Of a DNA stretch of 64,000 bases, positions 13,333 through 25,004 are shown piece after piece. The notes under the pieces were generated by a model, which ran no database searches, was not told the DNA's origin, and was given only the letters and a program-made list of their open reading frames with translations. This stretch comes from Flectonema sp. DT1601. Lineage: Eukaryota. The stretch covers positions 620,001 to 684,000 of the forward strand of contig OZ025791.1 of assembly GCA_964019425.1 (NCBI GenBank). Reading direction: 5' to 3'. A program made the translations under genes and the position numbers. Position 1 is the first letter of the stretch, and every line of letters begins with the position of its first letter.

Positions 13333-15153
13333 TCACCGAGAATCAGATCTTTGTGGAGGATCCATCTCTCGAAGAGCAAATTGGGCGATGGATGATAAGT
13401 GACCAGCTGCCATTCTTGATAAACTGGTACGAGATTCAGTGGCTTTCGAAGCAGCATAGATATATTCATATCTGTCTTTGATGTGTTTTAGTTGTCGAGG
13501 TGATGGTAAAAATGATGGTGTTGAAGCCATAAAGTCTACATAAGTATAGTCATCTGATCGAACTGCCAACGGACCTTTTCGCTTTGCTGCTTCCATTGAT
13601 GATACGAACGATGAGCTTAATTGAGGTGTCTGTAATTGCGAGTAAACTGTTTTTCCGAAACCAGGAATAGAACCTAATGTCTTCTTTCGTTGTAAGATCA
13701 CAGAGTGTGTACCAGCGACATGCATTTTTCCGTTTACAAAAGGACGACCAGCTGGGGTAGCTACTCTCGGCTTTCCCTCCCACCTTGCCATTTTCTTAGA
13801 TAACAAATTACTATTCTTTTCAATATTGGTATCGCCTGCATCACTTTGTCGATAATCACTATGATCAGAAAGAGGAAGTCTTACAGAAGTCGCATGACTT
13901 GCTATCACACAAGGTGCTTTATTAAGACCAATGAAAGTAACATTCTTAGAGAGAACTTGTCTTTTAATCGTCTCTGGCTCAGGAGACGAAGAATTTAAGA
14001 AATCTGAAAGAGTTGTTTTGTTGGTATTGTGTAGTTTCTTTGTTGATTTTCTAAAAGGAATAGGAGACAAAGACGTTGGGAATATTAAATGCGGAGATTC
14101 AACTTGTGGAATGGAAGATAAATTAGTACCTCCATGTTGTCTGAGGTCACACTCATCGAGTTGTCTTTTTATTTGTAAACCATGAGGAAGTTCTTGATGT
14201 TGTTCCGCCCCAGATGCGAACACCTGATTATGCAAAAGCTCTTGTAAGTGAGAGAAGTCTTGTAGAGAGGGAGAACCTCTGGTCACGTTTAGGTCAACAA
14301 TTTCAGATGTTTTACTTTTTGATTCCGAGTGTTCGTTTTTAGCATGTCTACCATGTTTTGATAGTCGTTCTGGTGCACCCGTAGTACAACTATTCTTGTC
14401 AATATTCCCGCCTGGTAGTAATTGACTGAAGGAAGGAACAGATCGGACCTTAGAGGGATACGGCCAATTTGCTCGCTGAGATTGAATGACGTTGGCGTCG
14501 ATGTCGTTTTGATTGCCGTCGTCAGTATGATCGTCTGACCTTGACTCTACTGTGAGTGAATTTGATGTGTTGTCGAACATTGCAGAGAATTCACCAAATT
14601 CAATTAAACCACTTCCGTCTTTATCAACTTCTTGAATCATAGCATCAATATCTATTGTTAATTCAAAGGCCTGAACTGCTCCTCGTAGAATCTCAACATC
14701 GACTCCGCCTTGACGGTCTTTTCTTCCTCCCAAGGCAGCGAATGCTTCGACAGTGTCAGGGACTACGCTGTCGTGGTGTCGTCTTTTTAGTGTTTCCATA
14801 ATTCTTATAAGACGCTCCAGTGACATGTGGGAACCTATTTTAAAACAAGTTGTTCCAAGTATCTCTTCTAACTCACCATTCGATACTGACTGTCCTAGTT
14901 GTCTGAGAAGCTGAAGTATTTTCTGTGGAGTATCTAGTGCTGGAGTAGCATTGTGAAGTCCTTTTATTGTTTCCAATTCCTGTGGTCGCAGTGGCATTCT
15001 CGTCCTTTTTTTCATCTTTCTTATTGCTCGCTTTACTAGTAGGCTCATGATTGCTATTTTTTCAAATCGTCTTCGACCTCTGCCTCTGCCGCGACCCCCT
15101 TCGAGTCGCTTCTTCTCATGCAGCTGTTCTCGAGGTTGATCAGCTCCCGACAT
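13333..15153 (-). CDS. EF-hand protein with a calmodulin/dynein 18 kDa light chain-like domain and a long disordered tail
   Basis: DTVEAFAALGG...FELTIDIDAMIQEVDKDGSGLIEFGEF, a canonical EF loop. Confidence 0.75.
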   Translation of the reverse strand: MSGADQPREQLHEKKRLEGGRGRGRGRRRFEKIAIMSLLVKRAIRKMKKRTRMPLRPQELETIKGLHNATPALDTPQKILQLLRQLGQSVSNGELEEILGTTCFKIGSHMSLERLIRIMETLKRRHHDSVVPDTVEAFAALGGRKDRQGGVDVEILRGAVQAFELTIDIDAMIQEVDKDGSGLIEFGEFSAMFDNTSNSLTVESRSDDHTDDGNQNDIDANVIQSQRANWPYPSKVRSVPSFSQLLPGGNIDKNSCTTGAPERLSKHGRHAKNEHSESKSKTSEIVDLNVTRGSPSLQDFSHLQELLHNQVFASGAEQHQELPHGLQIKRQLDECDLRQHGGTNLSSIPQVESPHLIFPTSLSPIPFRKSTKKLHNTNKTTLSDFLNSSSPEPETIKRQVLSKNVTFIGLNKAPCVIASHATSVRLPLSDHSDYRQSDAGDTNIEKNSNLLSKKMARWEGKPRVATPAGRPFVNGKMHVAGTHSVILQRKKTLGSIPGFGKTVYSQLQTPQLSSSFVSSMEAAKRKGPLAVRSDDYTYVDFMASTPSFLPSPRQLKHIKDRYEYIYAASKATESRTSLSRMAAGHLSSIAQFALREMDPPQRSDSR

Positions 15154-16459
15154 TAGTAAGCATCAGTGAAATGTATCTTAAAAATAAAAATAACTGATAA
15201 GACACAATATTGTTAATAATTGCTGTACCCTAATAACAAAGCAGACCCATGAAACGGTGATACCTGTCAAAGCAATTGAAGTAAAGTAAAGTAACTAATT
15301 AACACACATATTCGACGCTTCTTGCCATGGCTTTTCCGACTATCGACAGTAATTGATGCCATGCGATAGGTGAATCAAGAGGTACAATTGGGACTCTGGC
15401 TGAATTTCCTCAAGCCTTTTCTCGAACAGTCGGAAGGAAATATTAAAAAAAAAGGGGAAAAAAAACACAAAAACTAACCCCCTTATGGGAGCTGTCTTTG
15501 CTTCAAATAAGTTGTCTGAAATGCTTCCTATTAAAGGAGTGCTTTTGTGTGATTTCTTAATACGGTATTTGCTTTATCAGTTAAACCAGAAGTAAAACTG
15601 TATTTGCGATATACTTTTTTCGTATGTGGATCTTGACCGTTTTCTCCGAAGCACTCAAGTCCGGGCAACGGGGAATCACGGACTACATCCCCATTTAAGC
15701 AGCCAGATCACCACTTGTATAGACATTAGAAATACGTATTCATATAATAGACTGCTACTATCATCTCATAAAAGGTACAAATGAAAGTTGGGAAGAACAT
15801 ATTTTAAATTGGTTCGCGTTACTCAATTCGGGTGATTGGCTTCGTGAAGAAAAAGATAAAAGAAAGAAGAAAAAAAAACAACATACCAACGAGTAACGGA
15901 AAAAAAGAAACAGGTATAAGTAATAAGGGAACATTTTTTTTAAAAAAAAAAATATAAAAAAAACAATACTTCCTATTACTTTTGGATTATTATTATTTTT
16001 TTCCCCCTTACAATCTGCTATCAAGTTGTTAGCGGGAAGGGAACTTGCTACATAAAATAATTGGGATACTTTTAATGAGTGAATTATAATAAAAAACAGG
16101 GGGGGGAATGCGATACAAACAAGGGGGATGAACGTCATACAAATACAAGAAGCATTTTTCGAAAAAAACAGAATAATGCTTTGACTGGTACATATGACCA
16201 GTGTGTGCTGTCAGCAACGCAACACGCACATGCTGACAAAAAAATAAAATAGAGGGGGAACATAAAAGGTCCACATCAAAAGACCCGGATTTAACGTTTG
16301 CGTGATCATACCCGACGGTGCAAGTCTGAACCTCTCCCGTACCTCAAGACGATACTTTGCTATGCTCGAAAGAGATTCATTCTTACTGTTGAGCATAACA
16401 CAAAAGTAAAAAGGGGAGAAAAAAAAAATAATAATAATAAAGGAACAGGGAAAGAAAAA

Positions 16460-16499
<40 letters not shown>

Positions 16500-16712
16500 A
16501 GGTAAAAAAAGCAAAATATTTTTCACTCCTTAATGCAAAACGGATTCTGTAATCACTACTTAGCAATCCAGTCCGTACGTACTGTTCAGGCTCTGTCGCT
16601 ATGTTTACTACAAGCAAACAATTGGACTTGTACCGCCTTTTAATATTTCCACGTGTGAATAAAAGCGGTACCTTCTTTTTTTTTACCACCATTTCTGTAG
16701 CAGTTATCGGGT

Positions 16713-18194
16713 TCAGTGACCTTGAGGGTGAGCAAGAGCTCTCATCCTAGGAGGTGAATTAGGGTTCATTGGTGAGTTGTGAACTGCTCCTGGTCTCACC
16801 TGTTATTGTTATATAATATTTTCCGATTACGATGGATATGTTCACTAAGATACACATCATATAAATATTCATACCTTCTCATCTGTGTTTGCTTGATACA
16901 GACGGGAGTTACTTGCGCGGAGCATATCTTCACGTTCGCGGTAGTCGGTGACGTTGTGTTGGAGGCGACGAAGTTCGCTCATCATTCGATCTTCATTAAG
17001 TTTACCACTCTTTAGTTGACTTTCTAATTCTTTAATAGCATTTGTTAGTCTTTCTTCACGAATGGCTGTGTTCTTAATGTAATCCTCAAGACGAGTCTTC
17101 TCTGTTTGAAGAATTTCTTCACGAGCAGCAGACTCTTTTAATTGTTGTTGAAGTTGAGCTCCCCACTTACGAAGTTCCTCAACATTTTGAATTGATTGTT
17201 TTAGCTTCTGCTCCAATCGCTGAATAGTTTGGTGAAGCTGTTTCTCTCTCGCCTCCTGTTCTCTCATTTTATTCTCTAATTTGGAAACTGTTGCCTGTAG
17301 TTGTTTTTCCTTCAGTCTTGATTCAGTTAATTTTGCTTCAAGTCTAATGGCATCACCCCTCGCTGAATCTTCGCGTTCCTTAGCCGATTTTAGCTCTGCT
17401 TCCTTCTCACCCACGATGGTGTTGCATCTCTCCTTTTGACGCTGAATTTCTTTCTCAAGCTGAGCAATTTGATCCTCATAAGGAGCTTTTACCGCGTGGA
17501 GTCTGGCTGATACCCAAGGTTGAAGGTATTTGCACGAAGTTTCCCATAAATTTGGGTTTGCAGTGTTGACACTCTGTCCCTGTTTAACATCCAATCGAAT
17601 AGTAAGCAGAAGTTCAAAAGACTTATCTTTCTTATCATCTCCAGAGGCATTGAAAAGATTCCTTGCGAAGTCTGATGGGGTTTTGTGCCACCAAAACTTT
17701 CCAAATTTGTTTTTATTTTGAACCTGTCCACAAGGGTTTAAAGTATCAATATCTTCACCAACTAGTTCTAAATCACTACCTCCCATAATAACAGTGTTTG
17801 GTCGATATAAGTCAATCCTTGTGTAAGCAGTAATTGGAGTTGGTAGGTTGTTACAAACACCAATCCACATACTTGAGCGTCCTCCTTCGCTCTCCATTGG
17901 CTCGACTCCAAAGAACAACATCCACTCAGAGTTGTTAACGTGGAATGTTTCGGACCATAAAAATGGTTTTGTTTCAGGACAAGGATTTTGCAAATAATAT
18001 TCAAATGGAGCCCATGGAATCTGAAACGACCACAAAGCACAGTTGTACCCTTCTGGAAGAACAGGTCTCTGTCTCTCAGATATCTTTGCATTACTGGCCA
18101 ACTGTAATGCCCGTCGTTGCTGCACTCTTGGGTCAGATCCGTCTAATCCTTTTGGTGAGCGATTCTCATTCATAAATGAATTTACGGTATTCAT
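16713..18194 (-). CDS. Coiled-coil protein with a possible N-terminal MATH/TRAF-like beta domain; 2 exons (intron 16800-16874)
   Basis: WSETFHVNNSEWMLFF resembles a MATH motif; long heptad region. AAG|GTATGA...TAACAG|GTG gives an in-frame last exon. Confidence 0.7.
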
Positions 18195-18370
18195 ATTGTA
18201 AGTAACCTAATGAAGAGGGGTTGAGATTAAATAAATAATTATTATCATAACTGAGTACCATAATAAGTATTTCTATGAAGTATCGATTGGTTGTTAGAAA
18301 GTAAACTCAATCGGATCGGAAGAAACAAAAAATAACTATTCAAGAAGTGTAAATAACTAAAACAGGCAGA

Positions 18371-19685
18371 TCAACTTACTTTGAATTCTCTGTGAGGCTC
18401 ACCAGGCCAACAAATAGGCCTTCGGAGTCGATCGCCACAAATAGATTTGAATGGAGTAAGTTTGTATCCATTGGTGGGCATGCCATTAGTTTTGAGACCA
18501 ACGAAGTTCATAAAAGAGAAATCCATATGATATGCAACCTTGAGTCTTTCCATCACAGACTTTGTGAAATACCTCTCATAACTGGAGTTCGATGCTCCAG
18601 TTCTATGGCGAGAAGCCTCCTGCATGAAACCACCTCTTGCTGACCAACCAACAGATCCATATCTCTTCCATAGGTTATATTTTTCAAGCATCAGTCGTAT
18701 GTGGTCACCGTTTGCCAATCCAATAAAATCAAAGAGAGGAAGAAACTTATATAAATTCCCGATCAGTAGCTGCTTTCGGTAATGCGGATTCACCATCGGA
18801 CCAGTTCCGTATGGAGGAGGCCCCTCACGAGCAACGTATGATACGAATTGATCCCAACTAGTTGATTCTTGTTTAAAATGTTTACTGAAGGATTCTCTTT
18901 TTTTACCCAACCTCGCCTTTAATAAAAACAGATGCAAATAGCAACTCAGAGCTCTGGTTGCAGGATCTCGAAAGAAGACGACTTTTCTATAACGAGGATC
19001 GTTCATTAATTGAGTCATGATATTTTTATTTAAAGAAGAAAATGAGATCCTTTCACCTCAACAAATGGTTGGTTATGTTCATGAGACCAGTTCTTAACCG
19101 CCAAGGTGGGTTGGTCCCATTTCAGTATCCTTTTGTATTGTTCAGGAAGTTCTGATGACATATTACTTCGATTAGCTTTAAGTATACTAATGTCAATAAG
19201 ATCATCGTGTAGCTTCTTTAGTAAATTTAATTTCTGTGGTGTTCTAGGAATTATAACATAAACAGTTGCGTATTCAAATGGTATTTTATTTACTGCTTTT
19301 AATAATCAGCAGTGCGAGAATTATCGGTATATAGGAATGTGGGGGATCAAACCTGCCAGTGTAAACTCCGCTTTAAAATCATGTGTCAAACACCCTCTGT
19401 GTCACAGCGTGTCGTGTACAGCTATTGGTTGTTTATTGAATGTTGCTGCGTGTGTGTTGCAGTCTAGTCGAATGCCACATGCGAAGGCTGCTGCGGGCTT
19501 CAATTGTGGCATCGATGTAGTTGACGACGTCGTTTGTTAAGTTTCGATTTCTCAATGATTCCTCAACGACATCTAAGACTGATGGAGGGATTCTAATCGG
19601 GGTCATTTAAATCTGGTCCAAAGAAACTAAAACTCAACAATGTCATTGCAACTACAACAACAATTCTACTTCGAGAAATTATCAT
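18371..19685 (-). pseudogene. Rearranged sulfotransferase paralog (internal inversion 19266-19479, ~200 bp deletion near 19054, frameshifts)
   Basis: Direct comparison with copies 21298-22818 and 23038-24573. Confidence 0.85.
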
Positions 19686-20048
19686 TTTGTGTAATAAATT
19701 GAAATCTGATATTTATGTGATGAAATAATTGTCTTCTATAATCAGTTTGATAATCACAAACAGAACAGACAGATATGTGTAATAAATTGATATTTGATAT
19801 TCCAACAGAAAGAACCTTATTAATCGATTAGAGATGAATAAATCAACAACATTAGTAAACACAACTGAGTACTAAACATTTGAACAAGAAAGTCAACTCA
19901 ATCGGATTAGAAGAAAACAAAAAGAAATAACTATTTAAGAAATGTAAATAACTAAAACAGGCATATTTATTTTCTTCATGAGTGGTAGTAAGAAAGTAAT
20001 AGCAAACAGATGATTAAAAAGTGTAAATAACTAAATAACTATTGATTT

Positions 20049-20220
20049 AAGGAAAATCAGATAGCCTGATTTTCACGCGTGGGTGGGTTTTTACCGATCA
20101 CGAGCGAAGAGTGAGTTAAATAAACGAGGTGAAAACCCATCCACAAGTGAAAATCTATATCCAATTTTGCATCTAAAACCATCGTTTTATTTACTATAGA
20201 AGGCTTCAAAGGGAAAAATA
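20049..20220. mobile_element. Palindromic ~175 bp insertion, copy 1
   Basis: Long inverted repeat GATTTTCAC..GTGGGTGGGTTTT / AAAACCCATCCAC..GTGAAAATC; interrupts the minisatellite unit. Confidence 0.55.
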
Positions 20221-20385
20221 AACAGGCATATTTATTTTCTTCATGAGTGGTAGTAAGAAAGTCATAGCAATCAGAGTCAGAAATGTAAATAACTAAAAAA
20301 GGTATATTTATATTCTTCTTCAGTGGTAATAAGAAAGTAATAGTAATCAGATGATTAAAAAGTGTAAATAACTAAAACAGGCAGA

Positions 20386-20507
20386 TCAATTTACCCTAAA
20401 ATTCTCTGTGAGGCTCACCAGGCCAACAGATTGGTCCTCGAGGTCGACTGCCACAAATAGATTTGAATGGAGTAAGTTTGTATCCATTGGCGGGCATGCC
20501 ATTAGTA
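20386..20507 (-). pseudogene. Isolated 3' fragment of sulfotransferase gene
   Basis: Near-identical to 21298-21417 (…PRGPICWPGEPHREFRVN*). Confidence 0.8.
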
Positions 20508-20596
20508 GGTCATTAGGGTATATTTATATTCTTCCTCAGTAGTAATAAGAAAGTAATAGCAATCAGATGATTAAAAAGTGTAAATAACTAAATAAC

Positions 20597-20770
20597 TAAG
20601 GAAAATCAGATAGCCTGATTTTCACGCGTGGGTGGGTTTTTACCGATCACGAGCGAAGAGTGAGTTAAAGAAACGAAGTGAAAACCCATCCACAAGTGAA
20701 AATCTATATCCAATTTTGCATCTAAAACTATCGTTTTATTTACTACAGGAGGCTTCAAAGGGAAAAATAA
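20597..20770. mobile_element. Palindromic ~175 bp insertion, copy 2
   Basis: Near-identical to 20049-20220. Confidence 0.55.
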
Positions 20771-20941
20771 ACAGGCATATTTATTTTCTTCATGAGTGGT
20801 AGTAAGAAAATCATAGCAATCAGAATAAGAAATGTAAATAACTAAAACGGGCGGGCATATTTATATTTATTTTCTACATGAGTGGTAGTAAGAAAGTCAT
20901 AGCAATCAGAATAAAAAGTGTAAATAACTAAAACAGGCATA

Positions 20942-21155
20942 TCAGTCAAAATTATTTTTTGCGACCAAAAACACAACCATTTTTCTCACTGCCTGAGGAA
21001 GGTTACACAAAAAAGCAATATTTGTGTAAAAAAAAATTGCGGGTTTGGAATCGGGGAGCGCATAAAATGCCGCTTCGAATTTTTTACTATTTTTTTTTTT
21101 GAAAAAGAAATTTTCATTGTCCAAAATTTGGTCGCAAAAAAATAATTTTGACTGA
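20942..21155. mobile_element. MITE (214 bp) with ~30 bp TIRs and TA flanks, Tc1/mariner-like
   Basis: TA|TCAGTCAAAATTATTTTTTGCGACCAAA ... TTTGGTCGCAAAAAAATAATTTTGACTGA|TA. Confidence 0.8.
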
Positions 21156-21297
21156 TACTTATTTAGTAGTAAGAAAGTCATAGCAATCAAATCAAGAAAT
21201 GTATATAACTAAAAAAAGGTTATATTCTTCTTCAGTGGTAATAAGAAAGTAATAGTAATCAGATGATTAAAAAGTGTAAATAACTAAAACAGGCAGA

Positions 21298-22818
21298 TCA
21301 ATTTACCCTAAATTCTCTGTGAGGCTCACCAGGCCAACAGATTGGTCCTCGAGGTCGACTGCCACAAATAGATTTGAATGGAGTAAGTTTGTATCCATTG
21401 GTGGGCATGCCATTAGTTTTTAGACCAACGAAGTTCATAAAAGAGAAATCCATATGATATGCAACCTTGAGTCTTTCCATCACAGACTTTGTGAAATACC
21501 TCTCATAACTGGAGTTCGATGCTCCAGTTCTATGGCGAGAAGCCTCCTGCATGAAACCACCTCTTGCTGACCAACCAACAGATCCATATCTCTTCCATAG
21601 GTTATATTTTTCAAGCATCAGTCGTATGTGGTCACCGTTTGCCAATCCAATAAAATCAAAGAGAGGAAGAAACTTATATAAATTCCCGATCAGTAGCTGC
21701 TTTCGGTAATGCGGATTCACCATCGGACCAGTTCCGTATGGAGGAGGCCCCTCACGAGCAACGTATGATACGAATTGATCCCAACTAATTAATTCTTGTT
21801 TAAATTGTTTACTGAAGGATTCTCTTTTTTTACCCAACCTCGCCTTTAATAAAAACAGATGCAAATAGCAACTCAGAGCTCTGGTTGCAGGATCTCGAAA
21901 GAAGACGACTTTTCTATAACGAGGATCGTTCATTAATTGAGTCATGATATTTTTATTTAAAGAAGAAAATGAAATCCTTTCTCTGGTTATATCGAAATCC
22001 CTGTGATGCATTTCGATAACACTGTTGGAGTCGAGTGTGATGTCCTCATGACCTACCAGTCTGTCGTATAATCTGCGTAACCCTGTTGACGCTACCTTGG
22101 GAATGACAAACAACACAATCTTGTGAATGGGATCTACGTATCCAGGAGGGTCTCTGAGCTTCCTAAAGTCCCTCGACGTCACCTCAATAAATGGTAGGTT
22201 ATGTTCATGAGACCAGTTCTTAACCGCCAAGGTGGGTTGGTCCCATTTCAGTATCCTTTTGTATTGTTCAGGAAGTTCTGATGACATATTACTTCGATTA
22301 GCTTTAAGTATACTAATGTCAATAAGATCATCGTGTAGCTTCTTTAGTAAATTTAATTTCTGTGGTGTTCTAGGAATTATAACATAAACAGTACTGTGTG
22401 GCATTCGACTAGACTGCAACACACACGCAGCAACATTCAATAAACAACCAATAGCTGTACACGATACGCTGTGACACAGAGGGTGTTTGACACATGATTT
22501 TAAAGCGGAGTTTACACTGGCAGGTTTGATCCCCCACATTCCTATATACCGATAATTCTCGCACTGCTGATTATTAAAAGCAGTAAATAAAATACCATTA
22601 GAATACGCAATGCGAAGGCTGCTGCGGGCTTCAATTGCGGCATCGATGTAGTTGACGACGTCGTTTGCTAGGTTTCGATTTCTCAATGATTTTTTAATAA
22701 TGTTCAAGACTGACGAAGACGTCCTAATCTCTGAATCATTTAAATCCGGTTCGAATGAATTAAAACCCAACAACGTTATTGCAACTACAACAACAATTCT
22801 ACTTCGAGAAATTATCAT
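21298..22818 (-). CDS. Type II membrane carbohydrate sulfotransferase (Sulfotransfer_2-like)
   Basis: N-terminal anchor; IPKVASTGLR (5'-PSB), FFRDPATRALSCY (3'-PB) and HYRKQ. Confidence 0.8.
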   Translation of the reverse strand: MIISRSRIVVVVAITLLGFNSFEPDLNDSEIRTSSSVLNIIKKSLRNRNLANDVVNYIDAAIEARSSLRIAYSNGILFTAFNNQQCENYRYIGMWGIKPASVNSALKSCVKHPLCHSVSCTAIGCLLNVAACVLQSSRMPHSTVYVIIPRTPQKLNLLKKLHDDLIDISILKANRSNMSSELPEQYKRILKWDQPTLAVKNWSHEHNLPFIEVTSRDFRKLRDPPGYVDPIHKIVLFVIPKVASTGLRRLYDRLVGHEDITLDSNSVIEMHHRDFDITRERISFSSLNKNIMTQLMNDPRYRKVVFFRDPATRALSCYLHLFLLKARLGKKRESFSKQFKQELISWDQFVSYVAREGPPPYGTGPMVNPHYRKQLLIGNLYKFLPLFDFIGLANGDHIRLMLEKYNLWKRYGSVGWSARGGFMQEASRHRTGASNSSYERYFTKSVMERLKVAYHMDFSFMNFVGLKTNGMPTNGYKLTPFKSICGSRPRGPICWPGEPHREFRVN

Positions 22819-23037
22819 TTTGTGTAATAAATTGAAATCTGATATTTTATGTGATGAAATAACTATTTGTGTAATAAATTGATATTTGATATTCCAACAG
22901 AAGGAACCTTATTAATCGATTAGAGATGAATAAATCAACAACATTAGTAAACACAACTGAGTACTAAACATTAAGCAAGAAGGTCAACTCAACAAAAAAT
23001 AACTATTTAAAAAGTGTAAATAACTAAAACAGGCAGA

Positions 23038-24573
23038 TCAATTTACTTTGAATTCTCTGTGAGGCTCACCAGGCCAACAAATAGGCCTTCGGAGTCGATC
23101 GCCACAAATAGATTTGAATGGAGTAAGTTTGTATCCATTGGTGGGCATGCCATTAGTTTTGAGACCAACGAAGTTCATAAAAGAGAAATCCATATGATAT
23201 GCAACCTTGAGTCTTTCCATCACAGACTTTGTGAAATACGTCTCCAAACTGGAGTTCGATGCTCCAGTTTTATGGCGAGAAGCCTCCTGCATGAAACCAC
23301 CTCTTGCTGACCACCCAACAGATCCATATCTCTTCCATAGATTATATTTTTCAAGCATCAGTCGTATGTGGTCGCCGTTTGCCAATCCAATAAAATCAAA
23401 GAGAGGAAGAAACTTATATAAATTCCCGATCAGTAGCTGCTTTCGGTAATGCGGATTCACCATCGGACCAGTTCCGTATGGAGGAGGCCCCTCACGAGCA
23501 ACGTATGATACGAATTGATCCCAACTAGTTGATTCTTGTTTAAAATGTTTACTGAAGGATTCTCGTTTATCTAACGTTGATTTCAACAAAAACAGATGCA
23601 AATAGCAACTCAGAGCTCTGGTTGCAGGATCTCGAAAGAAGACGACTTTTCTATAACGAGGATCGTTCATTAATTGAGTCATGATGGTTTCATTCAAAGA
23701 AGAAAATGAGATCCTTTCTCTGGTTATATCGAAATCCCTGTGATGCATTTCGATAACACTGTTGGTGTCGAGTGTGATGTCCTCATGACCTACCAGTCTG
23801 TCGTATAATCTGCGTAACCCTGTTGACGCTACCTTGGGAATGACAAACAACACAATCTTGTGAATGGGATCTACGTATCCAGGAGGGTCTTTAAATTTAG
23901 TGAAATCCCTCGACGTCACCTCAATAAATGGTTGGTTATGTTCATGAGACCAGTTCTTAACCGCCAAGGTGGGTTGGTCCCATTTCAGTATCCTTTTGTA
24001 TTGTTCAGGAAGTTCTGATGACATATTACTTCGATTAGCTTTAAGTATACTAATGTCAATAAGATCATCGTGTAGCTTCTTTAGTAAATTTAATTTCTGT
24101 GGTGTTCTAGGAATTATAACATAAACAGTACTTTGTGGCATTCGACTAGACTGCAACACACACGCAGCAACATTCAATAAACAACCAATAGCTGTACACG
24201 ATACGCTGTGACACAGAGGGTGATTGACACATGATTTTAAAGCGGAGTTTATATTGACAGTATCACTTCCCGGTATTTGGATGACGCGATTGTTTTTGCA
24301 CTGCTGATCATCAAAGGCAGTAAATAGAATACCATTAGAGTATGCAATACGAAGTTTGCGAGTACCTATTGCGGTATCACTGATGTAGTCGACGACGTCG
24401 TTTGTTAGGTTTCGATTTCTCAATGATTCTTCAACAATGTTTAAGACTGATGAAGATGTTCTTATCTCAGCACGAAACTGAGAATGAGGATCATTTAAAT
24501 CTGGTCCAAAGAAACTAAAACTCAACAATGTCATTGCAACTACAACAACACTTCTACTTCGAGAAATTATCAT
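23038..24573 (-). CDS. Type II membrane carbohydrate sulfotransferase, tandem paralog
   Basis: Same motifs; highly similar to the adjacent copy. Confidence 0.8.
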   Translation of the reverse strand: MIISRSRSVVVVAMTLLSFSFFGPDLNDPHSQFRAEIRTSSSVLNIVEESLRNRNLTNDVVDYISDTAIGTRKLRIAYSNGILFTAFDDQQCKNNRVIQIPGSDTVNINSALKSCVNHPLCHSVSCTAIGCLLNVAACVLQSSRMPQSTVYVIIPRTPQKLNLLKKLHDDLIDISILKANRSNMSSELPEQYKRILKWDQPTLAVKNWSHEHNQPFIEVTSRDFTKFKDPPGYVDPIHKIVLFVIPKVASTGLRRLYDRLVGHEDITLDTNSVIEMHHRDFDITRERISFSSLNETIMTQLMNDPRYRKVVFFRDPATRALSCYLHLFLLKSTLDKRESFSKHFKQESTSWDQFVSYVAREGPPPYGTGPMVNPHYRKQLLIGNLYKFLPLFDFIGLANGDHIRLMLEKYNLWKRYGSVGWSARGGFMQEASRHKTGASNSSLETYFTKSVMERLKVAYHMDFSFMNFVGLKTNGMPTNGYKLTPFKSICGDRLRRPICWPGEPHREFKVN

Positions 24574-25004
24574 TTTGTGTAATAAATTGAAATCTGATAT
24601 TTATGTGATGAAATAATTGTCTTCTATAATCAGTTTGATAATCATAAACAGAAATAATCCAATAACTAAGCAACAGTTATTCAGAAACAATTCTGATAAC
24701 ATATGACAAGAGTTACTCGTACAGAACATTAACTTGATGATAACTATTTTCTAACGTCGATCTCCCTTCGACGTCTTATAGCATAACCGCTACTTACACA
24801 AAGACACATTAAAGTTAGAATGATTGTGTCAACAGCAACAGACAGGTGTACTCCTGCGACTAAGCACAGTATGACTTCTCTCTTAGTTAGGGAATAATAT
24901 CAACGAAATCCTGAAATACAGACCCTCACAAAAAGCCGTAGAATATAAACGGCATCAACGAATACAAAACGAACAGCAACAGCAACAAACAACATCGTTG
25001 AACA

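Larger units (their letters stand above)
19940..21297. repeat. Degenerate ~65 bp minisatellite (AAATAACTAAAACAGGCATATTTATTTTCTTCATGAGTGGTAGTAAGAAAG...) interrupted by insertions
   Basis: Multiple imperfect copies are visible in the sequence. Confidence 0.75.

Noticed and set aside
19337..19540. Plus-strand ORF matching sulfotransferase
   Set aside because: It is the inverted segment of the pseudogene, not an independent gene.
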